A stretch of DNA of 64,000 nt from K189A clade bacterium (GTDB lineage Bacteria; Pseudomonadota; Gammaproteobacteria; Pseudomonadales; Azotimanducaceae): NCBI GenBank assembly GCA_009886205.1, contig QXZU01000186.1, positions 24,043-88,042 on the forward strand, given 5' to 3'. Made by a program: the position numbers and the translations under genes. Shown one piece after another: positions 11,964 through 23,112 of this stretch. A model generated the notes under the pieces. It had not been told where the DNA came from and did no database searches. It saw only the letters and a list, made by a program, of their open reading frames with translations. How positions within the stretch are numbered: the stretch's first letter is position 1; every line of letters starts with the position of its first letter.

Positions 11964-12290
11964 ATGAGCGACAATATCGTTCATACCAGTGACGACGGCT
12001 TTCAAGAAGACGTTCTTAACTCAGATAAACCGGTACTAGTAGACTACTGGGCTGAATGGTGCGGACCATGCAAAATGATTGCACCCATCTTGAGTGAAGT
12101 TGCCGGTGAATACGCTGATCGGATTAAGGTATGTAAGTTGGATATTGATTCCAACCAAGCTACGCCACCAAAGTACGGCATCAGAGGCATTCCTACGCTT
12201 ATGCTCTTCAAAAACGGCGAAGTAGAAGCCACCAAAGTAGGTGCACTTTCCAAGTCTCAGCTACAGGCTTTCTTGGACAGCAATATCTAA
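11964..12290 (+). CDS. trxA: Thioredoxin
   Basis: WAEWCGPCK active site; upstream of rho as usual. Confidence 0.98.
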   Translation: MSDNIVHTSDDGFQEDVLNSDKPVLVDYWAEWCGPCKMIAPILSEVAGEYADRIKVCKLDIDSNQATPPKYGIRGIPTLMLFKNGEVEATKVGALSKSQLQAFLDSNI

Positions 12291-12704
12291 AATTGGCACC
12301 GTTGATAAGTGATTACAGCCATGGGCCTAGCTTAGGCCCGCCCTAAAAACACTTTATGTCTGAATAGAGCCTTGCATTCAGGCTTCAAAAAACGGCAACC
12401 TATGAGCAAACTTTTCCAAAAAAGCGGTTGTCAGAGGTAAAAAATCATACCATTTAGATTGTTTTTACTCCTTGACCCCCAGCCTGAAGTCACTAGACTA
12501 AGGGATGAGAGATACAGCAAATTTCAAAAGTTTAGAGCTTTTGCGCTTTTGTGAAAAAAGGCTTCGAAAAAAAACGGAATAATCCTCGAACCCCATCTCC
12601 CACAGACCCCCTTTATTTTGATCACGCCTAATTTCCCTGTGCATACTTTGTAGCACTGCGGAGAATTCAAACAACACCACTACTACTACGGTTTTCATAC
12701 TAAT

Positions 12705-13967
<1,263 letters not shown>

Positions 13968-13992
13968 AACACCAGCCCTGGGGGCGACGCGC

Positions 13993-14017
13993 AAAAGCTG
14001 AGCGCTACGCCCAGCTT
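13993..14017 (-). terminator. Probable intrinsic terminator of the hem operon
   Basis: Minus strand AAGCUGGGCG-UAG-CGCUCAGCUU-UU (one G-U pair) in the convergent rho/hemY spacer; the U-tract is short. Confidence 0.5.
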
Positions 14018-14074
14018 CTATGCAAGTAGAAAATCTCTCCCCGATGAGCGAGAGACACACTTTGTTGTAACCGT

Positions 14075-14119
14075 AATCAGCGAATCAGCGAATCAGCGAA
14101 TCAGCGAATCAGCGAATCA
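14075..14119. repeat. Perfect 8-bp tandem repeat (AATCAGCG)x5 plus AATCA
   Basis: Directly visible at 14075-14119, 20 nt from the hemY stop codon. Confidence 0.95.
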
Positions 14120-14139
14120 AATAGGTAATAGCCAACATA

Positions 14140-15297
14140 TTAGGCCTTCAACAGATATTGTAACGCGCGTTGAGAGTCGCCCAAGCTGTGACAAGCTCGA
14201 CCTAGTTCACGATAAATCTCGCTGCGCACTGGATCACTCTCAGCAGTTTGCGCCAGCGCATTTTCAAAATAGTCTCTAGCCGAAGATACCTGGCGCTTAA
14301 CAATTGCAAGATGTCCCAGGGTCATCAGCAAGGCAACATCGTTGGTGTTTTTCTTCAACCATTTCTTTGCCTGTACAAGTTGAGCATCAATATCGGAGCC
14401 ATGGGTTGTACCGTAGCGACGCACCAATTGCTCATCCCAATCCGCTGCTAATGCAACCTCAATAACGGCGACTGCATCGTCTTCCTTACCCTCAAGCAAA
14501 AGAAGATCGACCCACTGAGTTAACATAGCGGCATCGCTTTTAAGCGCTTTGGGCAGCATTTTCAGGGCATCGGCAATATTTGCCTCAGCTAAAAGCCGCG
14601 CGGCCCAGAGGTGTTCAAAGTCTTTGTCGAACAATTCTTTTTTCAACAACTTTTGCTTCTCTAACGAAGGCCATAGCGCCTTAACATCTAGCCAGCGCTG
14701 TTGGCTTAGGTAAGCTCGAGCTAGAACTATATGCATTTGGTGAGTACATTCACCGGCCGCATGCAGTGGCTCAAGAATTTCAATGACTTCCTCGCTTTCA
14801 TCTTGCGCGACTTGCCAAGCCATAGCCAAATTACTAATAGATTGACTGTTGTCCGGGGATAACGTTTTTGCCGAGGTCAATGCGTTGATCTGCACGTCCT
14901 TGTGACCCAATTCATAGGCTGCGCGAGCCAGTCCAAGATTACCGGCGAATCCGATATCGCCAAGTTTTTGAGCTTTTATAAAGTGTTGCTGGGCGAGTAA
15001 CCATTTGCCTTGGACCAATGCGATAGTTGCCTTTTCTGAGTGGGCATGAAGGCCCTTGGCTTTGCGCTGACCACTCCAACCTAACAGCCAACTACTACCG
15101 CGCAAGAACGCACGTAGGGTCACGTAAAATAGACGTAGCACTACCAAGGCAGCCGTAAGTATTAGGAACCCGCCCCAAAGCGTGGTCTCCGCAGCAATAT
15201 CACCGAGACGCACCAACACGTAGCCGGGGTCGTTCAGCCAATAGCCCGCGCCTAGGACAGCAAGCAAAAAAACAAACAGCGCTATTAGCAATCTCAT
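14140..15297 (-). CDS. hemY: HemY-like TPR membrane protein
   Basis: N-terminal DPGYVLVR...ETTLW HemY_N pattern and TPR-like helices; last gene of hemCDXY. Confidence 0.85.
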   Translation of the reverse strand: MRLLIALFVFLLAVLGAGYWLNDPGYVLVRLGDIAAETTLWGGFLILTAALVVLRLFYVTLRAFLRGSSWLLGWSGQRKAKGLHAHSEKATIALVQGKWLLAQQHFIKAQKLGDIGFAGNLGLARAAYELGHKDVQINALTSAKTLSPDNSQSISNLAMAWQVAQDESEEVIEILEPLHAAGECTHQMHIVLARAYLSQQRWLDVKALWPSLEKQKLLKKELFDKDFEHLWAARLLAEANIADALKMLPKALKSDAAMLTQWVDLLLLEGKEDDAVAVIEVALAADWDEQLVRRYGTTHGSDIDAQLVQAKKWLKKNTNDVALLMTLGHLAIVKRQVSSARDYFENALAQTAESDPVRSEIYRELGRACHSLGDSQRALQYLLKA

Positions 15298-16388
15298 TCC
15301 GCGTCAGCCTCGGCTTTGCTCAACATTTCTAACGAACCAGTAATGTCAGTTAGATCTGGCGTTAGGTCTATCGCTAGGAGTGCCTGAATATTGGCCAGAA
15401 GCTTCATTTCGAGCAGGCCATTGGCGTCGAAGTATTCCAACGTTGTTGCCTTAGCCCGAAGCAAGCTGGTTTTATAAATCTGCTCTTGTTCTTGCAGCAG
15501 CCCTAGCTGCGCCTGTTCTATGGCCAATCTAATTCTAAGGCTGGCAAGCGTAGCCACCTCTTGGGTGGGCAGAACTTTTGCAAGTTCTTGGCTTTCCGCT
15601 TGTTCAACTAGCGTCCTAATCCGAATAAGCCCTTTAATTCTATCAAGTATCTGCTGCCACCAGACTTGAGCCTGTGGGGCGCTAACCGGCGCGGCGGCAG
15701 CAATACCAGCCTGCTTAGGCAGGCCGTTAGGAACATCATCCTTTAGCGTTTCTAGGCGGATAAAAACCGCTTCTATATCAACAACCTTTATGCGCTTGAG
15801 CGACGCTATATCATCCGCCAGCTTTGCACGGAGTGGAAAGGGTGCCAAGTCGCCAAGGTCTTGCAAAATTTCTTCTGCGCTGGTTAATGCACGTAAAGCG
15901 AAAACAGTATCTCGCTGCATTACTAGTCGACGGTTTGCCTCGCGCAGCAAATAGCCCGCTTCCGCTAGTCGCCATTTGTTCGGTGTTGTTGGCTTACTTG
16001 CTGTAACCAATTCTAATCCGGTTTGTAGGTCTGCCTCAGCGTTACTTAAACGCTGTTCAATTTGTCCTTCTAAATCACCCTTCAGCTCACGCTGACTTTT
16101 TTCCAAAATACTTTGTGCAGAGGACAACTGATCTGTCACCTTGGCCGAAAAAATTTGGCGGGCCTTGTCATTTTCGACCATTGCCTTTTCTAGCGGGCTG
16201 TCCTGTATCAACTGAAGGTAAAGGAAACCTGCTAACGTCAAGCCACAACCTGCTAGCACGAAGGTCAAAAATAAAAAAAATCGACCCGAGGCGCTCATTC
16301 TGTTTTTACTCAATGATGCCTCTTTTGGCTGAGGATTTGGCTGCGCCCGCCGCTTTGGATCGTTGGGGTCGACGTTTTCTTCATGCAT
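15294..16388 (-). CDS. hemX: HemX family protein
   Basis: Single TM helix, coiled coil and WRLAEAGYLLREANRRL motif; position in the hem operon. Confidence 0.85.
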   Translation of the reverse strand: MHEENVDPNDPKRRAQPNPQPKEASLSKNRMSASGRFFLFLTFVLAGCGLTLAGFLYLQLIQDSPLEKAMVENDKARQIFSAKVTDQLSSAQSILEKSQRELKGDLEGQIEQRLSNAEADLQTGLELVTASKPTTPNKWRLAEAGYLLREANRRLVMQRDTVFALRALTSAEEILQDLGDLAPFPLRAKLADDIASLKRIKVVDIEAVFIRLETLKDDVPNGLPKQAGIAAAAPVSAPQAQVWWQQILDRIKGLIRIRTLVEQAESQELAKVLPTQEVATLASLRIRLAIEQAQLGLLQEQEQIYKTSLLRAKATTLEYFDANGLLEMKLLANIQALLAIDLTPDLTDITGSLEMLSKAEADAE

Positions 16389-17088
16389 TTTCTATTCTCG
16401 CAAGTGCGTTCAACAAAGATTGAGCGTCCATACCTTTGGCATTAACCACTCCGGAGAAACCTAATTCTAAACTAAGATCGGCCACTCGGTCAGACGGGAC
16501 TATAAATTTGACCGACGCGCTGCCACCAAGTGCTCGCCAGGTGTTGGCGGCAGCTATAAAGCCGTGGGTAGAACCAACAAGAATTACGTTCGCGTTGGCA
16601 ATGGACGGGTTCTCTATGGACCGAACGATACGGCGATAGAGTGTTACCACATTGAGGTGACAGCGCTGCATAAGTGACTTGTGAAGAATGTCGCGTCCGT
16701 CTTCGCCGCAGAAAATCCAAACATGCTCATCCGCTTTTATGTTTTGCACCGTCGGGCAAGCTAACAAGCCTTCGGAGCTCGCGTGTTTAGGTTCAATGAC
16801 ACTGAGTCCACTGGCCTTAAGAATATCTGCAGTACTCGGACCAATAGCTAGAAATGTGCAGGTTCTGTGCGCTTCACAATAGACTTCATTCAAATATTGT
16901 CTGGCCGCGTGTTGGGATAAAAAGATACACAAATCCGGCGCGTCAATTTTTTGCGATGGATTGAGTTTCGGCGGCAGAAACTGAATTTCGGTAACCGACT
17001 CACAAATGCTTTTGTAGCCCTCAGGAATTAGCTGAGCGGCGATACGCGATGCACTTGGTTCTGTCAGTGTTATCCAGACCTTAGTCAC
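16381..17088 (-). CDS. hemD: Uroporphyrinogen-III synthase
   Basis: IFLSQHA, AIGPSTA, ASSEGLL, GEDGRDIL and LYRR motifs; follows hemC. Confidence 0.88.
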   Translation of the reverse strand: MTKVWITLTEPSASRIAAQLIPEGYKSICESVTEIQFLPPKLNPSQKIDAPDLCIFLSQHAARQYLNEVYCEAHRTCTFLAIGPSTADILKASGLSVIEPKHASSEGLLACPTVQNIKADEHVWIFCGEDGRDILHKSLMQRCHLNVVTLYRRIVRSIENPSIANANVILVGSTHGFIAAANTWRALGGSASVKFIVPSDRVADLSLELGFSGVVNAKGMDAQSLLNALARIENA

Positions 17089-17106
17089 GTTTGCGGCCTT
17101 TGTTGA

Positions 17107-18027
17107 TCAGTGCTTATCTTGCCTTATGCGATCCAAAATCTCACCTGCGCCATTGGCTAGAAGCTGTGCCACAGCCTCGTCCGCTAAAGTGAGAGGATCA
17201 CTGCCGGTCACTGTACTGCGGACGATTTTTGCACCGTCAGCATCGGCCACTAACGCCGAAAGTTGTATTTGCTGTGACGAAGTGAAATGAGCTGAAGCGG
17301 CTACTGGTAAGGCACAGTCTGCGCCAAGACCAGCGCTGATACCTCGCTCAGCCCTCACGCACGCGCTGGTTTGCGAGTCCAGCAGTGGCGCAAGAAGTTC
17401 TTCTAAGGGGCTATCCTGCAGTATTTCCACGCCTAGAGCGCCCTGGCCCGGCGCTGGTAAGCACTCTTCTACCGAGAGGGGGTGCAGGTCATCACGGTGC
17501 AGTTCTAGGCGGGCTAAGCCGGCTGCGGCTAGAACAATGCCGTCGAACTCGCCGGAATCGAGTTTTTCCAGTCGCGTGCCAACATTGCCGCGAATTGGTA
17601 GTACCTCTAAATCTGGACGAATTGCCAAAATTTGAGATTTGCGACGCAAACTGGATGATCCTATTCGCGCACCTACGGGCAGCGCTTCAAGGGGACCTTT
17701 AGCGCTGACTAGAACATCGCGAATATCGTCCCTGAAAGCAATCAGGGGGAGGCTGAACCCCTCTGGCATAACCGCAGGTAAATCCTTTACGGAATGTACG
17801 GCCATATCCGCGCGCCCATCGAGCATTGCGACTTCAAGTTCCTTAATGAAAAGACCTTTGCCGCCTATCTCACTCAGCGGTGCATCCAACCACCGGTCAC
17901 CTTTAGTACTCATGCCAACCAGTGTTACTTCAATGTCAGGGTGCGCTGCAAGCAATTGTGCGCGCAAAAACCTAGCCTGCCACAAAGCGAGTTTACTCTC
18001 GCGAGTAGCAATTCTAATATGTTTCAT
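17107..18027 (-). CDS. hemC: Hydroxymethylbilane synthase
   Basis: IRIATRESKLALWQ, GGKGLFIKELE, AVHSVKD, GSSSLRR and RGNVGTRL motifs. Confidence 0.97.
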   Translation of the reverse strand: MKHIRIATRESKLALWQARFLRAQLLAAHPDIEVTLVGMSTKGDRWLDAPLSEIGGKGLFIKELEVAMLDGRADMAVHSVKDLPAVMPEGFSLPLIAFRDDIRDVLVSAKGPLEALPVGARIGSSSLRRKSQILAIRPDLEVLPIRGNVGTRLEKLDSGEFDGIVLAAAGLARLELHRDDLHPLSVEECLPAPGQGALGVEILQDSPLEELLAPLLDSQTSACVRAERGISAGLGADCALPVAASAHFTSSQQIQLSALVADADGAKIVRSTVTGSDPLTLADEAVAQLLANGAGEILDRIRQDKH

Positions 18028-18042
18028 AAGGTCCTAATAAAA

Positions 18043-18777
18043 TTAGAGCCGCCTTATAACTTTGCGGACTCCAGGTAAATGTCGTCGGCTAATGTCCACA
18101 GTCTCTTCAATATCGTTCAATCTGACACCTATTTGCCCAGATACACTTTTTTCAAGACCCAAAATATGGTGCTTAGCCACCAGCGCATTACGATGGATAC
18201 GAAGAAAAATATCAGCGAATTCTTTTTCTAGCTCGCGCAGCGTCTCGTCAATGATAACCTCTCCGCCGGCATGACGCACCGATACATACTTTTGATCTGC
18301 TCTCAGATAGCGAATATCGCTGACATTTACCAGCTCCACGCCTTTGTACGTGCGGGCACAAATGTGGGCTCGACGAGTTTCATCAACGCCATGAAGTGAC
18401 GCCAATTGCAGGCGATTCAAGCGAGTAGATTTGTCCAATGCTGCAATTAGATGCTCTTTCCTGACCGGCTTTAATAAATAGCCTACCGCCTGTAACTCAA
18501 ATGCCTTAATCGCGTGCTCTTCAAATGCGGTACAAAAAACCACCGCGGGAGAGTCCTTTTGACCAAGGAAATGCCTAGCTGTTTCAATGCCGTCCATGCC
18601 AGGCATTCTGATATCGAGTAATACGAGATCAGGGCGTAAATCTTCACTTATCCGCAAAGCTTCTAAGCCTGTTCCCACATCACCTATAATTTCGTGACGG
18701 CCGTCGCTCTCAAGCATGCGCCGCAACCTGTCTCGAGCAAGAGTTTCGTCATCTACAATTAGAATTCGCATAGCCAT
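18043..18777 (-). CDS. algR: LytTR response regulator AlgR
   Basis: REC domain (VDDE, LLDIRMPGMDG) plus LytTR domain (ADQKYV, RIHRNALV, SRRH); upstream of hemC. Confidence 0.9.
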   Translation of the reverse strand: MAMRILIVDDETLARDRLRRMLESDGRHEIIGDVGTGLEALRISEDLRPDLVLLDIRMPGMDGIETARHFLGQKDSPAVVFCTAFEEHAIKAFELQAVGYLLKPVRKEHLIAALDKSTRLNRLQLASLHGVDETRRAHICARTYKGVELVNVSDIRYLRADQKYVSVRHAGGEVIIDETLRELEKEFADIFLRIHRNALVAKHHILGLEKSVSGQIGVRLNDIEETVDISRRHLPGVRKVIRRL

Positions 18778-18786
18778 TGGCCTCTT

Positions 18787-19863
18787 TTACTGAGCTACCG
18801 GCACTTTGGGGCACCGCAGTTTTGTCAAAAATATATTTCCTTGCAGCGAGGTTTTAAGCTGAGCTTTCGCTCCATATAAAACCTCCAATCGGGTACGAAT
18901 ATTAGCTATCGCCAAGTTATTACTTTTGCCCGCCGATTTGGAGTCATTTCGCGCCATATGGTCATCTGAGCCATACACCGAATCGTACTGTGGCACCGGG
19001 TTTGTAATAGTAATCTGCATATCGGCTCCCAGATATTCAAGATTAAAGTCTATTGTTCCGCCTTCGGGAATTGGCTGCACACCATGATAAATTGCGTTTT
19101 CTAATAAGGGTTGCAGCAGTAGCAGCGGAATTTTGGGCGAATCTTTTGTCTCGCTGATTGTCCAATTCATGATCAAACGCTCACCTAAACGCAGGCCCTC
19201 AATACGAACATATCGCTTACATAAATCCAGCTCGTCCTCAAGCCGCACAAAACTACCTTCCTCCTGCAAACTGGCACGAAAAAGCTCAGACAAATCCTCT
19301 ACGACCTGTTCGGCGGTTTCAGCGTCAGAAGGGATCAAACTGGCAATAATATTCATACTATTGAATAGAAAATGCGGACGGATCCGTGATTGAAGCGCCT
19401 GTATTTTGGAATGCAGCTCTGACTCTTCTTGGCGCAGTAAGCGGTGTCGAAGCACCACGTATCTTAGGTAAATACCGATACAAAGAATGACAATAGCAAT
19501 GCGCCTTGGTAACAGATATTCGGGGCTGGGCTCATTGGAGAAAACCATATTCATAATGAAGTGCACACAGACAGTCGTTGCAACGCCTATTGCGAATACA
19601 CAGATCACCGAAATTAAGATAGGGGTTTGGGCCATAAAGCCGCTAAAACTCTGGACCAATATGCTGAAGAGCAATACGACCCAAAGCGCAAACAGCGAGG
19701 TGTATATAAAATGATGCCAAGTCATTTCAATGCTCAATGCCCAGCCGAACAAACCAAGTAATAGCCCAACGACTACTATGAACATGAGCATTCTAGGTGT
19801 CAGCAGATCTGGTATGACTAAGCGCCCAGTCCCAGATGCGGACTCTTTAAGCTTAGTCATCAA
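18787..19863 (-). CDS. algZ: LytS/YehU-type sensor kinase AlgZ (FimS)
   Basis: ALQSRIRPHFLFNSMN, RLGERL and QPLLENAIYHG motifs; N-terminal TM helices; paired with algR. Confidence 0.88.
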   Translation of the reverse strand: MMTKLKESASGTGRLVIPDLLTPRMLMFIVVVGLLLGLFGWALSIEMTWHHFIYTSLFALWVVLLFSILVQSFSGFMAQTPILISVICVFAIGVATTVCVHFIMNMVFSNEPSPEYLLPRRIAIVILCIGIYLRYVVLRHRLLRQEESELHSKIQALQSRIRPHFLFNSMNIIASLIPSDAETAEQVVEDLSELFRASLQEEGSFVRLEDELDLCKRYVRIEGLRLGERLIMNWTISETKDSPKIPLLLLQPLLENAIYHGVQPIPEGGTIDFNLEYLGADMQITITNPVPQYDSVYGSDDHMARNDSKSAGKSNNLAIANIRTRLEVLYGAKAQLKTSLQGNIFLTKLRCPKVPVAQ

Positions 19864-19984
19864 AATTTATCACCGAATGACATTTTTCTAACCTCTAGCC
19901 AACAACCTGACTACTAAATCCTCATTGCTTGGTATACTGCGCCTCCGAAATTCATAAAATTCCAGACGGAAGCAGAATAGCATA

Positions 19985-21394
19985 ATGGTAAACAAAGCCG
20001 ATCATTCAGAAAATACAACCGATCAGGGTTTACTGAGAGGACGATTTAGCGAAGCTACCGATGAGTTCGTTGAAATTTTCACCGCATCAATTAGCTTTGA
20101 CCAACGCCTATATGAAGAAGATATACGCGGTTCCCTTGCACATGCTCAGATGCTATTGAAAATCAAAATGCTGACCTCCGGTGAATTTGATCAGATAAAA
20201 GGTGGTTTGGACGCGATAAAAGGCGAAATTGAAAGCGGGAAAATGACATGGAGCGTCGCGCTTGAAGATGTTCATATGAATATTGAACACCGCCTGATCC
20301 AACTAATTGGTGATACAGGGAAAAAACTGCACACTGGTAGGTCTCGAAATGACCAAGTTGCCACGGATATAAGGCTGTATTTACGCGATGCAATCGATGA
20401 AATTTTGGACCTTGAGTCCGCTTTATTACACCGTTTGGCTGACCTAGCAGAACAACACCACGACACGATCTTACCGGGCTTTACCCACCTACAAGCGGCT
20501 CAACCAATTACTTTTGGCCATCACCTCATGGCTTGGTTCGCCATGCTCACTAGAGATCGAAGTCGGTTAATAGACTGTCGCAAGCGCACCAATCAACTGC
20601 CCCTGGGCGCGGCAGCACTTGCTGGCACACCTTATAAGCCGGACAGGGAGTACATGGCAGAACTTTTAGATTTTGAAGGTGTCTGCGAAAACTCACTTGA
20701 TGCGGTCAGTGACAGAGATTTTGCAATTGAGTTTTGCTCAGTAGCAGCACTTACCCTGACCCATATGTCACGTTGGTGCGAGGAGCTGATTTTGTGGTCC
20801 AGCCAGCAATTTAGCTTTATAGAATTACCCGATAGATTCTGTACGGGCTCCAGCATTATGCCGCAGAAGAAGAATCCAGATGTACCCGAACTTATTCGCG
20901 GCAAAACTGGGCGTGTTAATGGCAACCTCATTTCTATGCTGACTCTTATGAAAAGCCAGCCTTTGGCTTACAACAAAGATAACCAAGAAGACAAAGAGCC
21001 TCTTTTTGATTCGGTAGACACGTTGAGAGATTGCCTCACGGCGCTAAATGGATTGGTTCCCAATATCATTCCCAATAAGGAAAATATGCGCCAAGCTGCG
21101 CTGTCAGGTTTTACGACCGCTACAGATCTAGCTGACTATCTGGTCAGAAAGGGGCTACCCTTTAGGGATGCTCATGAGGTGGTCGGCGAAGCAGTTCAAA
21201 GAGCAGTAGAGTTAGGTAAACCGCTTGAGGCGCTATCTATTGAAGAGCTAGCCGGTGGCACCTCAGACATTATTGATGAAGATGTCTACGAGGTACTCAC
21301 CCTCACGGGCTCTGTGGCTGCACGTGATCACTTGGGTGGCACCGCGCCCCGCCAAGTTCTTAAAGCAATAGCCAAAGCGCGAACGCTTATATAG
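19985..21394 (+). CDS. argH: Argininosuccinate lyase
   Basis: [34 protein letters not shown] and [10 protein letters not shown] motifs. Confidence 0.97.
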   Translation: MVNKADHSENTTDQGLLRGRFSEATDEFVEIFTASISFDQRLYEEDIRGSLAHAQMLLKIKMLTSGEFDQIKGGLDAIKGEIESGKMTWSVALEDVHMNIEHRLIQLIGDTGKKLHTGRSRNDQVATDIRLYLRDAIDEILDLESALLHRLADLAEQHHDTILPGFTHLQAAQPITFGHHLMAWFAMLTRDRSRLIDCRKRTNQLPLGAAALAGTPYKPDREYMAELLDFEGVCENSLDAVSDRDFAIEFCSVAALTLTHMSRWCEELILWSSQQFSFIELPDRFCTGSSIMPQKKNPDVPELIRGKTGRVNGNLISMLTLMKSQPLAYNKDNQEDKEPLFDSVDTLRDCLTALNGLVPNIIPNKENMRQAALSGFTTATDLADYLVRKGLPFRDAHEVVGEAVQRAVELGKPLEALSIEELAGGTSDIIDEDVYEVLTLTGSVAARDHLGGTAPRQVLKAIAKARTLI

Positions 21395-21584
21395 AAAGGT
21401 GGCGCAACCGCGTAAAAGTTTTTTCAAAATTCCATGCAATAATACAACGGTTGCGAGAAAAACTTTATGGGTAGGCGCCCTATCTGAAACAAATCTCTTG
21501 TCGAGGCTCAGCCCTCAGAGGCCGGTACAACATTCACTTACAGCTTGCTAGTGCGAGCGTGAGTGAAAATTAGGAATAGCAGAT

Positions 21585-21761
21585 ATGAAGTGGATCATTT
21601 TGGCCTACATTTCCAGCCTTGTTGTGACTTGCGGACAAAAAGGTCCCCTGCAGTTACCCGACTACGAAGAGACCGGACCAAGTGTTGGACATGTGATAAC
21701 CCAACCAACTCTTCATTCTTTACCCCCTCTTGGGCAAACAGCAAGGACTATGACTCCGTGA
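21585..21761 (+). CDS. lptM: Small lipoprotein LptM/LppL (YifL family), 58 aa, absent from the ORF track
   Basis: Manual translation MKWIILAYISSLVVTCGQKGPLQLPD...MTP*. CGQKGPL lipoprotein signature, AGGA upstream, TGA overlapping the lysA GTG, canonical position before lysA. Confidence 0.85.
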   Translation: MKWIILAYISSLVVTCGQKGPLQLPDYEETGPSVGHVITQPTLHSLPPLGQTARTMTP

Positions 21762-23059
21762 CTTTAGGCAACGTTGAAAAAGAATTTACCGCAGCAAAGT
21801 ATCAGCAAGATGAGCTGCACATTGAGCAAACTGCGCTTAGCAAAATCGCTGACGCCGTTGGCACGCCTGCTTATGTTTACTCGAAAAGTTATCTGACCGA
21901 TCAGTATAATTTGTTGAGCGAGGCCCTGAGTAGCACACCACACCAGATACACTATTCGGTTAAAGCCAATTCTAATTTGGCCATACTGGCCTTGTTCAAA
22001 TCATTAGGCGCAGGTTTCGACATAGTTTCTGCCGGCGAACTCAGTCGCGTACTGGCGGTTGGCGGCGATCCTAAGTCGGTCATTTTTTCCGGCGTAGGGA
22101 AATCTGTTGAAGAAATCAACTTTGCGCTTAAAGCAGGAATTGGCTGTTTCAACGTTGAAAGTCGCGGCGAACTTTTACGCATTATGGCTCAAGCAGAATT
22201 GTTGGGGTGCGTCGCCAATGTTGCAATTCGCGTAAATCCCAACGTAGATGCAAAGACTCACCCCTACATTGCAACTGGACTAAAAGAGAATAAATTCGGT
22301 GTAACAAAGGAAGAGGCTTTTGCCCTTTATTTGTTGGCAGCAGACCACCCAGCCATCAACCTCACCGGTATTGACTGTCACATCGGTTCTCAAATTAATG
22401 AGCCAGAGCCGCTCTTACAAGCGCTGACAAGTATTTTAGAACTGCGCGATACACTGGAAAAGGAAGGTATTTCGCTTCAGCACATAGATCTCGGTGGCGG
22501 CTTCGGAGTCCGGTATCAAGACGAGACACCCTTAGATATAAACGATTGGGGCGCGAGTGTGGGTCAAATTTTGGGCGGCAGAGATTTACAGCTGCGCATT
22601 GAGCCAGGTCGGTTTCTAACTGCAAACGCTGGCGTCTTACTGACGCGGGTAGAATACCTAAAGATCGCCGACGAGCCTGATCATAAAAATTTCGCCGTAG
22701 TGGATGCTGCAATGAATGACTTGCTGCGACCCTCGCTGTATCAGGCTTGGCACGAGGTATTACCCGTTGAAAAATCGTCTAATGCGCAACCATTGGAGTG
22801 GGACATAGTCGGACCAATTTGTGAATCAGGGGATTTTCTTGCTAAGCAACGATCACTCGCGTTGGCAGAAAAAGATTTAGTCGCTGTACTATCAATAGGC
22901 GCATACGGCTCTGTACTCGCATCGAACTACAATACGCGAGGCCGAGCACCAGAGGTGTTGGTGGACGGCGCAGAGTTTAAAGTGGTTAGGCGACGCGAAA
23001 CAATTCAAGACCAATTACGTCTAGAACTAAAACTAGAACTCGACCAAGCAGGCCACTAG
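21758..23059 (+). CDS. lysA: Diaminopimelate decarboxylase
   Basis: YSVKANSN, FDIVSAGEL, HIGSQI, DLGGGFG, IEPGR and VGPICESGD motifs. Start GTG 21758; the upstream extension in the track overlaps lptM. Confidence 0.96.
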   Translation: MTLGNVEKEFTAAKYQQDELHIEQTALSKIADAVGTPAYVYSKSYLTDQYNLLSEALSSTPHQIHYSVKANSNLAILALFKSLGAGFDIVSAGELSRVLAVGGDPKSVIFSGVGKSVEEINFALKAGIGCFNVESRGELLRIMAQAELLGCVANVAIRVNPNVDAKTHPYIATGLKENKFGVTKEEAFALYLLAADHPAINLTGIDCHIGSQINEPEPLLQALTSILELRDTLEKEGISLQHIDLGGGFGVRYQDETPLDINDWGASVGQILGGRDLQLRIEPGRFLTANAGVLLTRVEYLKIADEPDHKNFAVVDAAMNDLLRPSLYQAWHEVLPVEKSSNAQPLEWDIVGPICESGDFLAKQRSLALAEKDLVAVLSIGAYGSVLASNYNTRGRAPEVLVDGAEFKVVRRRETIQDQLRLELKLELDQAGH

Positions 23060-23112
23060 ACTAGCTGCATGAAGACAATCACACCCAATTTGTATTTATC
23101 GAGCTATAGGCT

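Noticed and set aside
21395-21584. Lysine riboswitch upstream of lysA
   Set aside because: The size fits, but I could not find the L-box conserved elements, and lptM lies between the spacer and lysA.
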